From the human T2T-CHM13v2.0 reference genome, Homo sapiens: 64,000 nt of DNA. The stretch's first letter is position 1, and each line of letters starts with the position of its first letter. Where the stretch lies: NCBI RefSeq assembly GCF_009914755.1, contig NC_060944.1; one strand, 5' to 3'. Below the pieces are notes generated by a model. That model did no database searches. It saw only the letters and a program-made list of their open reading frames with translations, and was not told the origin of the DNA. The position numbers and the translations under genes were made by a program. Positions 1 to 14,466 of this stretch are shown one piece after another.

Positions 1-206
1 CTTGCCCTGTCAAGCCTCTGGATGGGAAGGCAGTGGGGAATGTAGCCCAGCTGACACCTGAATTTCAGCCTCTGAGACCTGAGGAGTCAGTGAAGCTGTG
101 CCAGACTCCTGACCCATAGAAACTGCAAGGATACTAACAAATGTGTGTTGTTTTCAGCTGTTATATTTATGGTAATTTGTTACATAGCAATAGAAAACTA
201 GTATAG
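1..206 (+). mobile_element. 3' part of the 5' LTR of an MLT1 (MaLR) provirus
   Basis: Typical MLT1 LTR end (tgtgttgttttcagctg...ggtaatttgttacatagcaatagaaaactagtata), homologous to 2435-2626. Confidence 0.75.
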
Positions 207-2051
<1,845 letters not shown>

Positions 2052-2626
2052 CGAGGTAGACAGACCCTAGGGTGACCCCTCAATGATTCCCACCTCCTGG
2101 TGATCATGCCTTTGATTATCCCCTCTCCATGAGTGTAGGCAGGATCTGTGGCTTGCTTCTAACCAATAGAATATGGTAAAGGTAAGAGGCTGTCCCTTCT
2201 GTGTCGTTACATGTCAAAGGTGATGGAATGTCACTCTCATGGTTAACTTACATTATATGGCAACACTGATGGGATATCACTTCTGTGAGTACATTATTAT
2301 ATATATAGTCCAAGCAGACTAGCTCTTGCTTTCCTGCTAGCCTTGAAGAAGCAAGCTGTCACGCATTCTGCAGCTGCAAAGAAAAGAATTCTGCCCACAG
2401 AATTCTGACTAAATAAGCTTGGAAGTGGATTCTTCCCCATTTGAGCCTCCAGATGGGAATGAAGCCCAGCTGGCCCCCTAATTGCAGCCTTGTGAAACCT
2501 TGAGCAAGAAGATCCTGTTAAGCCATGCCTAGACTCTGAACTCAGAGAAACTGTGATAATAAATATGTGTTCTTTGAAGCCATTAACTTAGTGGTAATTG
2601 TCATGCAGTAATAGAAAGCTGATATG
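2052..2626 (+). mobile_element. 3' LTR of the MLT1 (E/F-like) provirus
   Basis: Starts cgaggtagacagacc...atgattcccacctcctgg and ends ggtaattgtcatgcagtaatagaaagctgatatg. Confidence 0.75.
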
Positions 2627-2925
2627 AAGGTTCTCAACAGGTGATGGATTCAGTGATTCTAGCAAACATTTAGACAGGTACCATCTTAGGCAGCCATTAA
2701 CCTTACAGGTAACAGTAGTAGCATCCAATCAGATAGTGATGTGCTGCTTGGAAATGATTTTAAAGTGATAGATTTATCATCAGTATAAAGTTGACAGCAT
2801 AATGCTTCCACTTAAAATTACACAATAAAACACTAAAAAGGATAGGATTTGATAGTTCCACTAAAGCAGCCTCTAGCTGCCATCTTAGTGTCCCAATTTC
2901 TATAAGATGCTAAATGAGAGATAAA

Positions 2926-3009
2926 ATTAAATCTTTCAAGTTCCAAGCATGAGTGGGAGTCACAGAGAGCCACATGCCTTTCTTCTTTTGATTTAGAAGG
3001 ATTATTTTC
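2926..3009 (+). repeat. 84-bp segment duplicated at 4852-4935 (putative donor)
   Basis: 82/84 identical by direct comparison. Confidence 0.95.
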
Positions 3010-3754
3010 AGTTAGGTCACCACTGCTGGGAGAGAAGAGCTGGGGAAAAGAAGATGTCCCCTAGAATATCATTTCACATTATATAGAATTTCCCAGCTAT
3101 CAAAGCACAGCTGTCCTTATTTGATGAGTTCAGCTTTCAGGAGTTCAGAGAGGGCCACTCTATGGGAAACCAACACAGTTCTGGAGACAGGCTTGTGATC
3201 TGGGGGGTATGCTGTTTGACCTAAAATATGATGGGCTCAGGGAGCATCCAGGCCATAGTGGAGAAGGAATGAGTGGCACACGTTTGAAAGCTCACTCATT
3301 TGCTTCTCGTTGCATGATTTCATTGACATTTCCTATTTAAATATTCTGCCTAACTCACTTGAGAAGACTGCGTGGATTACATGCATAATGAAAGACTCTG
3401 CAAAGGGCTCTGAGTACTCTACAACTAAAAAATAAAGTCATATGGCAGTAATGATAGGGAATCATAGTCAGGTAGGTATTTATAAAGATGTCCTTGTCAG
3501 ATTCTCAAGGGAGAGCTCATGGGCTAAATCTGGGATTTCTACATGATCGAATCAAAAGCATTCCTTACCCACAGAAATAATATCTGCTATTAATGTGCTC
3601 TGTGGTCTTAGGAAAAAACACTGTGCCTACCTGAGTCTTAGTTACACAATCTACAAGGTGAAAAGGTAAGAAGGAAGCAATTTTGTTTTCTGACTTAGCA
3701 TCGTTTATGCACATAACAGTTTTTCATGCCCAAACATACTTATTACCAGGAGGC

Positions 3755-3950
3755 ACAGTGATGTGGTGATTACAAGCCCAGGTCTTGGAGTCAGATAGGT
3801 ATAAGGTTTGAGTCCTGGGCCTTTCCAGTTACAGAAGTGGGATCTTAAACAAATCCTTTAAACTTTCTAAGACTTGCTTTCCTTACCCAAAAGACGGAGT
3901 TACTACTCTCTAATTGAAAAGGCTGGTATGGGGCTAAGTAAGATAGTATC
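3755..3950. mobile_element. MIR
   Basis: ttggagtcagatagg...ggtttgagtcctgg... matches the MIR core. Confidence 0.55.
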
Positions 3951-4230
3951 AGTCAGTTGTCCTATAAGGTTGCACAACAAACCACCCACACTCAGGTTCA
4001 TACAATGAGGTTGGGGCTGGGTGGCTCTGCTTCCAGTTTCAGAGATGCAGGCAGTCTGTCATCTAAGGCATATTCTTATGATGTTGGCATAAGCACAGAG
4101 GGAAATCTTAGCTGTCCATTAGAAGTCTGCTCACATCACCCCACTGGCCATGTGAGTCCCATGCAAATTCAAGGGATGGGGAAGTACTCAGTCCTGTATG
4201 AGACTGTGGTGAGAAAAATGAAAAATTGAG

Positions 4231-4298
4231 TTTATTTATTTAGTTTTTGAGACAGGGTGTCACTCCATTACCCTGTCTCTAAATAAATAAATAAATAA
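4231..4298. repeat. Two inverted Alu 3' termini fused back to back
   Basis: tttatttattt..gagacagggt-gtcactccatt-accctgtctc-(taaa)n, with 10-bp perfect inverted arms at 4249-4258 and 4270-4279. Confidence 0.8.
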
Positions 4299-4851
4299 CT
4301 GGGTTCAACTTAGAAATTGGGTGAATTTGCACTAATCAATCATACTTAGTCAAGACTTATCTGTACAACTGGGTTAAAACTATTTGTTATTATAAGTGCC
4401 ACAAAAGAATAAATCTTAAACATTTTTTACTCTGTAAAACACCATCCGATATTTGGTAATGATACTCTTGATTTTGGTCAGGCCTGTTGCCTAAGAGATT
4501 TCAACAAAAACTAGAGATTACTACAGATTTGACACCTGCATTGCCTTCACATCAGCTTCTGCTCTGGGAGTAGAGTTGGGGTAAAACACTCAAGTGGAGG
4601 TACTCACAGGAACCCTCAGTATATGCGGTCCCTGTGTGGGTTCTTCTCTATCACTTCCTCCCAGGAGTTACAGTAGGGGAACACAGCCACTGCAGGAATG
4701 CTGGGAACAGCATTTTGAACCATGAGAAGAGGCCTTCAGGGATAGATCTAACCATTGGTGGTAAATAACTTTTCAATATAACCTATAACTGACAATTGCT
4801 TTAAAATGGTACATTCAATTTGTGTTTACCTTGGTCTTGAGGTGGCAGGAG

Positions 4852-4935
4852 ATTAAATCTTTCAAGTTCCAAGCATGAGTGGGAGTCACAGAGGGCCACA
4901 TGCCTTTTTTCTTTTGATTTAGAAGGATTATTTTC
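4852..4935 (+). repeat. Copy of 2926-3009 flanked by the 13-bp direct repeat tggcaggagatta
   Basis: Direct repeats at 4843-4855 and 4946-4958. Confidence 0.95.
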
Positions 4936-6599
4936 TAATAATCCTTGGCAGGAGATTACAGTTACTCCTTGATGGGGAGTAACTGAGAGCATTCATTCAT
5001 GAGGTCTCAGTGACCCAATTTTAGTTGGGACCCTAGGAGCAGTCTTCCAAATGCCAGGATCATGGACCATGAATCTCCAGTTATTCTCTGCTGGTTCCAG
5101 GGAGCTGCAGGTGTGATAGATGTGACATCACCCATTTGTGATTACAGAGCTGTCACTCTGGGTACCAGGATGGCCCTGCCAAGAGGCCTGGAGGTGTGTG
5201 GTTAACATTGGCCCTCCTCCAAATAGAAGAAGTGGTGGGTACCCACAGGGATAAATTCCCTGGGGTGATACTGTCTTCTCTGAAAACATCAGCTTTTGTT
5301 TTTAGAGTAATAACTAGGCCATGTGAGCTTAAGTTTGTTCAAAGTTTAAGAAAATCTTAAAGTGGCTTATGTAAAACCCTGCAAAACACTAATGTAAACA
5401 AAGTTGGTTCTTATTAGTGGTTGATGTAGTTTGTTACTTTTAAAGGGTGTGAGAAAGAGACATTTATGGGGAAAGATGGTGTGTTGACATGGTGCACATC
5501 AAAAAATAACCACATTAATATAATCAAAAACTGCTTGGCTGAAGTTTCCAGATTGGATGGGATCATAAAAATGAAGAAATATAATAAATCTAGCTTTGGT
5601 TTTGGATTTCTTCTTTTATTTGGAAACAAGATTACCTTGCCCACATCTCCTGAATTTAGGCAAATGAGAAAATGGGGGCCAGTGTGATGTTTCTATTCCA
5701 CAGTCTTTGTGGTGGTGGGAGGGCTGAAAAGGCATACTGACACTGGAAGGAGGGATTCCAGGAAGTAACAGGCACCAAGAGAAATGTGAGTGTCCAAGTC
5801 CATTGTCCTCACTGGTTTTGCAAGTATAAAAATAATATAAACAACTTTAACAAAGGATCAGCAATCTCTCCTCCCGCTGAGGGCCTTGGTTCTGAAGAAC
5901 TCAATGCAGTTCTTCTGAAGTGGCATTTTTGACAAGAGGTTTTAAAACATAGGTAATCTGTCTAATGGGTTTCATTTTATAATTGCTTTTACTTTGCAAT
6001 GAAATTAACTGTCTTTATAACATATACACTCTTTCTTCTTTAAGAAGGTTTGAATTTTTATTAAATGTCTTCTGATAATCATTAAGTTGGAAGAACTTCC
6101 TGCATCCCAACTGTTCACAACCATTTGACTAACACACCTCTAACACCTGCAGGATTACATATTAGATCAATATATTTGGTACACTATACATTGGGTCTGA
6201 CCCTTAAATAAATCAATTCATTTTGTATTAGGACAATTTCTTGATCTGAGACCTGTGTCCTTCATGCACAGAGGCTTCACAAAATAGCAAACTCCTGACT
6301 GTGGCTTTCAAAAGTGCCCCGTGCCATCCAATCTCTACTTGTCCATCTGGCCATATCCCCCACCCCTCTCCCCATCATGCTCTGCTCTACCCAACAGATG
6401 ATCTGTTTTTCCTTTAAACTCCTCAAGCTTGTTCCTGCCACAGGGTCTTGGGACTAGTTCTTCCTCCTTCCTTTGAATATATCCCTTTCCAAGGTCTTCT
6501 CCTGGCTCCATTGTTACCTCTTAGAAGTGCCCTGATGTTCATCCAGATGAGAACTTAGAAATGAAAAGGGGTGACCCAGCTCAGTGAACATGAAGGCAC

Positions 6600-7730
6600 T
6601 GGACTTCATGTTGCAAAAAAGATGCTTCTAGCTCAACACTATATTTTAGCAGAAGCAGGTCTAAAAGAAGGGAGAGGCAAAAACAAACAAACAAAAAACA
6701 CTGATTTAAGAGGATAGGAAAGTAATGGGGAACCTAATCTGTGAGCTTTAAGAAGAGACCTGTTAAGGGAGCCAGAAAAGTCATGAGGGGGCAGCCCCAG
6801 CTCTCAGAATTGCTGGGAGCTTCACTCAGCTAGGAGCATGGCAAACATCTGGAAACAGTTTAAACTGCTTGGCAACAACTCTCAGAAAGTAAAGGAGGCA
6901 CTAAAAGAAATAACTCCTTCTGGCTTAATTCTGACCAACAAGGAAGACCACATCAGTTATGCGTAATTGAGAAGGAACCTTGGGGAAAACTGTTACCTTA
7001 GGTCAAAGGGAAATAATGCTAGAAAATGTCAGATAGTTGCCCTGTATTTTGGGAAAGCAGATTTTTAAAAATATTAAAGGAAAGAGAGAATCCCATGGAA
7101 ATAAAACTAAGAAAAATGATATAGCTCTAAATACAATGCAAAATTGAGCATCACAAAAATAGAGAAAGGTAGAGAATTTCAGAGTAATTAAATTAGATTC
7201 AATTTTGGATGAGCTTTCAACATAAACTACGATGGGAGAGAAAATAAAACAGTGGTCCTCAAGAATGGGATGGCCAGACCTAAAGATTTACCTCTCTTGA
7301 TTTTTCCTGTTTTTGTGAATAGAGAAGTTTTTAAAGCAGTACTCAGCAGCAGTCGATAAAAAAGGAAGAGACAGAACCTCAGCTTTGAAAGATTATAAAA
7401 TACCGAAGACTACAAAGACAAACAAAACTAAGTCAGAGCCAGCTTTGTATTGGTCTTCTCTGTGACTCTTCAATCTTTAAAAGATAAAAAGAAGATTGTT
7501 AGGAAGACTTTGAAGGCTAAATTAGAAAAGGGATGGTAAATAAGGATCTAACAATTTAAAAAACTTCAAAACAGCTGGTTTAGAGAAATTATATAGTATA
7601 CACGAAAAGGGATGGAATATTGTATTCAATAATCTTTGAAAAGGTTGTAGAGATTAGAAGATTGCTGGCCAACTGGAAAAGACAAAAGTCTCTATTTTCA
7701 TTTAAAACAACAAAAAAGTCAGTAGTGTGT
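6600..7730 (+). mobile_element. CR1/L3 LINE fossil (endonuclease to RT region)
   Basis: Degenerate motifs LILTNKED and EGTLG near 6925-6985, and a WKR..V.(P)IF.K-like motif near 7665-7710. Boundaries are approximate. Confidence 0.6.
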
Positions 7731-7783
7731 GAAAGGCAAGTTGCAGAAGCCACAGATAATCACATTTAATATAAGTTCCAAGA

Positions 7784-8396
<613 letters not shown>

Positions 8397-8872
8397 CAAG
8401 AAAACTTTTCACCATAGGCCCAAGAAGACATGAACACAGATGTCCATGACAATATTATTAATATTTATAATAGCAAATACTTGACAATATCCCTTAGTAG
8501 AGAAATGGATAAATTGAAAAAAAAGCTAGAGTAATTTTTAAATAAATTCATTTTCTACACATCAGTGTGAATTAATCTCAAAACACTATTAAGTAAAAAA
8601 GCAAGTTAGAGATTATATACATTATGACATCATTTCATAAAACTCACATATGCCGAATAAAACTATCTAATATTATTTGTATAATTCTACCTGAAAATTA
8701 AAAAGAAATATGAAGCAAATATTAAGATATGCTTTTTTTCATTTTAGGTAGAAGCTACAAAAGCTTTTAAATATTATCCTCTGTATTTTGTTTTTTAGCA
8801 TTTTCAAATGATTTCTAGGCTGTAACAAAGGGAAAGGGTGATCATTATGTTGTGGCTTTAGTCCACCTAGAA

Positions 8873-9050
8873 CAGCAGTTCTTAAAGTACATCTATCCAT
8901 CAGCAGCATCTGAGAGCTTGTTAGAAATGCAAGTTATCAGGCTCACTCCAGACCTACTGAATCAGAATACCTAGGGTGGGGCTTGGGAATCTGAGCTATA
9001 ACAAGCCCCCAGGGAAATTCTTATGAAAGTCTAAGTTTGAGAATTACTGG
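8873..9050. mobile_element. MER5A
   Basis: gcttgttagaaatgca...cagacctactgaatcagaa core. Confidence 0.75.
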
Positions 9051-9419
9051 CCAATCACAAACAAATACGACCATTCAACCTGCCCTTTACATAATGCATC
9101 TAATTCAGCACAGATTTTGGTAATATTGCTTATGATGTTCTCATGGACGAAATGACATTAGATATAAAAGGAGTTTCTCAATGATATTTGCCAAATGTTT
9201 TAAAGGGAACCTCCCCCTTGGGGTATTCAGGTTATCTTGGCTAGCCCTACATGGCCTACATGGCTAGCCCAAAAGTTTGGGCACACAAACTGTTGACACA
9301 AGTACAAGCTAACTTGTGGCTTCTGGTTAAATTTCTGACAGTTTGGAAATCCCGGCTGGTGTAAACTCACATTGATTATACCTTATGTGGATACATTCTT
9401 TTATACTACTTAAATCAAA

Positions 9420-9601
9420 GTCAAAGTGTGGTCCTCAGACCAGCAGCATCAGTACCACCTGGAAACTTATTAGAAATGCAAATTCTTGGGCCCCATCCCA
9501 GTTCTACTGAATCAGAAATTCTGAGAATGGAGCCCAGCAATCTGTGTTTTATCAAACTCTTCAGGTGATTCTGATCTGCTGTATGGCTGGAGAAGCCCTG
9601 G
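9420..9601. mobile_element. MER5A
   Basis: caaagtgtggtcctcagaccagcagcatcag...ctactgaatcagaaa. Confidence 0.8.
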
Positions 9602-11462
9602 CCTAAATAAGTCTACACAGAGGAGAGGTGTGTCCTGGTAAGCGTGACAATGGGTAAGCCTGAGGTTCTAAACAGGAACAGCTGAAATCCTAACTAATCA
9701 AGGAAGAGTGTTGGTGGCAACGGCAGATTTCCACTCGGAACTAGCTTGGCAAAGCTTGCTGACAAGTACTGAAGAACTGGCATTTTCCACAACATCAGGG
9801 GCGACACACTTCCTCCGTTGACTGTTTTTATGTCATGATCTCTTTTCTCATTTTCCTTTCTCAATTTAAAGGACACTTTGACCAAACCAACTAGAATGGT
9901 TGGTTCTATTTAACTTAAATAATTTTGCCAAAATGGCTTTAAACATGCATGACTATATCCAGTCTTTTCTGCCCATTTATTCATTACTTCTTATTTCAAG
10001 GACTTTTTTGACTTCTGAGATATATTCTCTATACTTTATCATATGTCATTCTTAGGTGACTTGTAAGATTTTTCCAGAGAAGCCATTTTCAAAAAATGGG
10101 ATCATACAAACTATATAACATAGTTTGTCCCCTTAAACCTTTTAATTTTTACTTATTGTAAGAGTCTGGTAGTCACAGGATTCTGTTTGACCACCAATAT
10201 TGTCTACTGTCTGCCAGTGATGTTAACTGAACTCATATGTGGAGACATATTTACACTCATATTTGGAGAAAGATAGGATTTGCTTTATGGGAGTTTAGTG
10301 TTAGTATGAGGTACTAGATTTTTTGGGTGTCCTTCAGTTAAATGGATTTGATCAACTTTACTCTTTATGGGTGAGATCCAACCTAGCTGGATCTTGTTTT
10401 TGTCACTCCTTGTCTGTTTTTATTTTATTTTTTTCCCTCAGCGGCACAATTGTGCCTCAAGTCTCATTTGCAGAAATCCAGAACCTGCTCTATACTTGAG
10501 ATGTATCTTCCAGTCATCACCCAGTTAACATTTAAGTGTCTATAACTAATATTTTAGTCTTTTCATTTCATATGGACTGAATGCTCATGCATTTGGCACA
10601 AAGGCTGGAAAGCCCATACTAGTGAGTAAGAGAAGCACAAGGTTTAGCAGCTTAGAAGTGAGGAAATCTTGCTCCAACTCTCAGTGGGACTGATTGTCAG
10701 AGAGGAAAGGATAACAAGCCAGCCCACCTAGGAAATGGAAGAAATTAGGTAGAAGGTTCTGCTAAGTCCCACATCCACAGAACATGATGTGTTACCACTA
10801 AGATGAAAGCCTCTTTCTTTGCTCTCAAACAGGACCTGCTAGGTTGTGGACAAGTGAAAAACCGTGGTGAAGTAAATGATACTTTGTCCTAACCAAATAA
10901 TGCATACACTCTAACAAGACGGCACATGTCCTGGGTCTTCAGCTAGAATGTTTATTATTTTTTTTTATTATACTTTAAGTTTTAGGGTACATGTGCACAA
11001 CATGCAGGTTTGTTACATATATATACATGTGCCATGTTGGTGTGCTGCACCCATTAACTCATCATTTAGCATTAGGTGTATCTCCTAATGCTATCCCTCC
11101 CCCCTCCCCCCACCCCACCCCACAACAGTCCCTGGTGTGTGATGTTCCCCTTCCTGTGTCCATGTGTTCTTATTGTTCACTTCCCACCTATGAGTGAGAA
11201 CATTCGGTGTTTGGTTTTTTGTCCTTGTGATAGTTTGCTGAGAATGATGGTTTCCAGCTTCATCCATGTCCCTACAAAGGACATGAACTCATCATTTTTT
11301 ATGGCTGCATAGTATTCCATGGTATATATGTGCAACATTTTCTTGATCCAGTCTATCATTGTTGGACATTTGGGTTGGTTTCAAGTCTTTGCTATTGTGA
11401 ATAGTGCCGCAATAAACATACGTGTGCTTGTGTGTTTATAGCAGCATGTTTTATAATCCTTT

Positions 11463-13052
11463 TGTGTCCAGAATTGGTGGGTTCTTGGTCTCACTGACTT
11501 CAAGAATGAAGCCGCGGACCCTCGCGGTGAGTGTTACAGCTCTTAAAGTGGCACGTCTGGAGTCTGTCTCTTCTGATGTTCAGATGTGTTCAGAATTTCT
11601 TCCTTCTGGTGTGTTCGTGGTCTCGCTGGCTCAGGAGTGAAGCTGCAGACCTTCACGGTGAGTGTTACAGCTCTTAAGACAGCGCGTCTGGAGTTGTTCG
11701 TTCCTCCTGGTGGGCTCGTGGTCTCGCTGGGCTCAGGAGTGAAGCTGCAGATCTTCACGGTGAGTGTTACAGCTCATATAAGCAGTGTGGCCCCGAAGAG
11801 TGAGCAGTAGCAAGATTTATTGCAAAGAGCGAAAGAACAAAGCTTCCACAGTGTGGAAGTGGACCCCAGTGGGCTGCCAATGCTGGCTCGGGCAGCCTGC
11901 TTTTATTCTTTTATCTGGCCCCACCCACATCCTGCTGATTGGTAGAGCCCAGTGGCCTGTTTTGTCAGGGTGCTGATTGGTGCGTTTACAATCCCTGAGC
12001 TAGATACAAAGGTTCTCCACCTCCCCATCAGATTAGTTAGATACAGAGTTTCGACACACAGGTTCTCCAAGGCCCCACCAGAGCAGCTAGATACAGAGTG
12101 TCGATTGGTGCACCCACAAACCTTGAGCTAAACACAGGGTGCTGATTGGTGTGTTTACAAACCTTGAGCTAGATACAGAGTGCCGATTGGTGTATTTACA
12201 ATCCCTGAGCTAGACATAAAGGTTCTCCAAGGCCCCACCAGAGCAGCTAGATACAGAGTGTCGACTGGCGCACTCACAAACCTTGAGCTAAACACAGGGT
12301 GCTGATTGGTGTGTTTACAAACCTTGAGCTAGATACAGAGTGCCGATTGGTGTATTTACAATCCCTGAGCTAGACAGAAAGACTCTCCACGTCCCCACCA
12401 GACTCAGGAGCCCAGCTGGCTTCACCTAGTGGATCCCGCACCGGGGCTGCAGGTGGAGCTGCCTGCCAGTCCTGTGCGGTGCGCTCACATTCCTCAGCCC
12501 TTGGGTGGTCGATGGGACTGGGCGCTGTGGAGCAGGGGGTGGTGCTCGTCAGGGAGGCTCGGCCGCACAGGAGCCCATGGAGTGGGTGGGAGGCTCAGGC
12601 ATGGCGGGCTGCAGGTCCCAAGCCCTGCCCCGTGGGAAGGCAGCTAAGGCCCGGCGAGAAATCGAGCACAGCGCCGGTGGGCCGGCACTGCTGGGGGACT
12701 CAGTACACCCTCCGCAGCCACTGGCCCAGGTGCTAAGTTCCCCATTGCCCGGGGCCAGCAGGGCTGGCTGGGTGCTCCGAGTGCGGGGCCCACCAAGCCC
12801 ACGCCCACCCGGAACTCCAGCTGGCCCGCAAGCACCGCATGCAGCCCCGGTTCCCACTTGTGCCTCTCCCTCCACACCTCCCTGCAAGCTGAGGGAGTGG
12901 GCTCCAGCCTTGGCCAGCCCAGAAAGGGGCTCCCACAGTGCAGCGGGGGGGCTGAAGGGCTCCTCAAATGCCACCAAAGTGGGAGCCCAGGCAGGGGAGG
13001 TGCCGAGAGCAAGCGAGGGCTCTGAGGACTGCCAGCATGCTGTCACCTCTCA
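11463..13052 (-). mobile_element. LTR12C-type (ERV9) solo LTR, 1590 bp, apparently complete
   Basis: The minus strand runs TGAGAGGTGACAGC...CCAATTCTGGACACA. 4-bp TSD cttt at 11459-11462 and 13053-13056. CpG-rich U3 and tandem U3/U5 repeats are present. Confidence 0.95.
11895..12360 (-). promoter_or_regulatory. LTR12 U3 enhancer/promoter: tandem CCAAT (NF-Y) repeats and AATAAA-type TATA element
   Basis: Seven intact ATTGG on + (11938, 11976, 12104, 12145, 12186, 12305, 12346). tttatt at 11902-11907 is TATA-like. The poly(A)-type tttatt lies further downstream at 11816-11821. Confidence 0.75.
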
Positions 13053-14466
13053 CTTTGGGTATATACCCAGTAATGGGATGGCTGGGTCAAATGGTATTTC
13101 TAGTTCTAGATCCCTGAGGAATCGCCACACTGACTTCCACAATGGTTGAACTCGTTTACAGTCCCACCAACAATGTGAAAGTGTTCCTATTTCTCCACAT
13201 CCTCTCCAGCACCTGTTGTTTCCTGACTTTTTAATGATCACCATTCTAACTGGTGTGAGAATGTTTCTTTAAGACTCTGCTTCCATCTAGAATGTTTCTT
13301 ATCCAATGATAATGATAATGATACTCCAGGGTAAGAAAATAAGTCTTAGTTTCATGTGAGAATTTTTCTTTCCCCATGGTGATAAATAGTAGAAGACTTT
13401 TCAGGGCACACTGCTCATTGCATTTTCTGGGTTTTGTAAAAACTTGGGATATAAGAAAAATAATGAAACTAAACAAGCAGATTTTTTTCTAATCCCAACT
13501 TTTTAAAGATATGGTCCACCTTATTATATGATCATTAGTGAAGTGCTAGCCTTCTCTTAGGGAGAAAATTATGTTCAATAGTAGGATATTTCCACATGCA
13601 AACTAGTAGAGTTGGTTAGTCAGTTTCTAATAAATATCAATTGATATCTGTTTAAAATGACAGCCTCCTTTTGTTCCCAAAGCTTTATCTTCTCAAATAT
13701 CCATTTTTTTGTGTGTGTATGTACTTAACATTTTAGTTGGTTTGAAAAGTTTTGAAATTCTACCAGAAAATCAAACTCACAAAATGCAGAATTATAAGAC
13801 TCTGTATTGATCTTTGGGCAGAACAGACTCATATGTTCAATACCAGAATAGAATGACCAGCACTGTGCATGAACAATGGAATCACAGTTCTAATTTAGTC
13901 AGGTCAGGTGATATTTCATAAGCATTTCCCATAATGTATCAGCTGTTCTCTTTCTTTGCATCCCTTTAAAAATGTATTCAGTTTTGTTCTGCATATTATT
14001 TAAATACAGTTTATGCAGTATTCATGTTAACACAGAATAACATATTCAAATAGCACAGATGTCTACTAATATAATGAACAAGGAAAGAATCTGAACTTCA
14101 AGCTTTGTGTAGATTATGAAACTCTGGAATGATCCACTGGATAATATGATTATAAGTTTCCATGATGTTTAACTCCCATAGAGAACTTTTGGGCAATTGC
14201 CTGCTAGTCTATAGAATTCTTATCATTCTGAAGAGCAGAAGAAAACTGCAATCCCTGGATTTTCTTTGTAGTAACTTGGCATAACTGAAATCTTTTTGGG
14301 TCTGCTTTCTGCTTACATGTAATTACTTTTATGAGCATTTATTGCCAAACATTTCCTAGTTACATATTTAAGATAAATTATATCTGATTCTAGGACTCAA
14401 ATTACTTGCTTTTATTTGAAATAGCTCTCTTTTAGGCTATAAAGACAAATTTGAAAGCTATAAAGA

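Larger units (their letters stand above)
10954..13260 (-). mobile_element. 5'-truncated L1PA (PA3-PA5-like), about 0.7 kb, split by LTR12C
   Basis: L1 3'UTR and ORF2 C-terminus at 10954-11462, resuming at 13053-13260. TSD agaatgttt at 10945-10953 and 13258-13266, followed by a cttt/aa endonuclease site. Confidence 0.92.

Noticed and set aside
9650-9900. Slightly CpG-richer unique stretch with a 63-aa minus-strand ORF
   Set aside because: I could not assign it to a gene or repeat, and there is no supporting structure.
11500-12400. Regularly spaced repeats resembling a CRISPR array
   Set aside because: These are the known U5 and U3 tandem repeats of LTR12. The spacers are themselves repeated, and the DNA is primate.
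12429-13149. Overlapping long ORFs (214, 165, 122 aa)
   Set aside because: They lie in the GC-rich LTR12C U3, where stop codons are rare, and show no protein-family signal.
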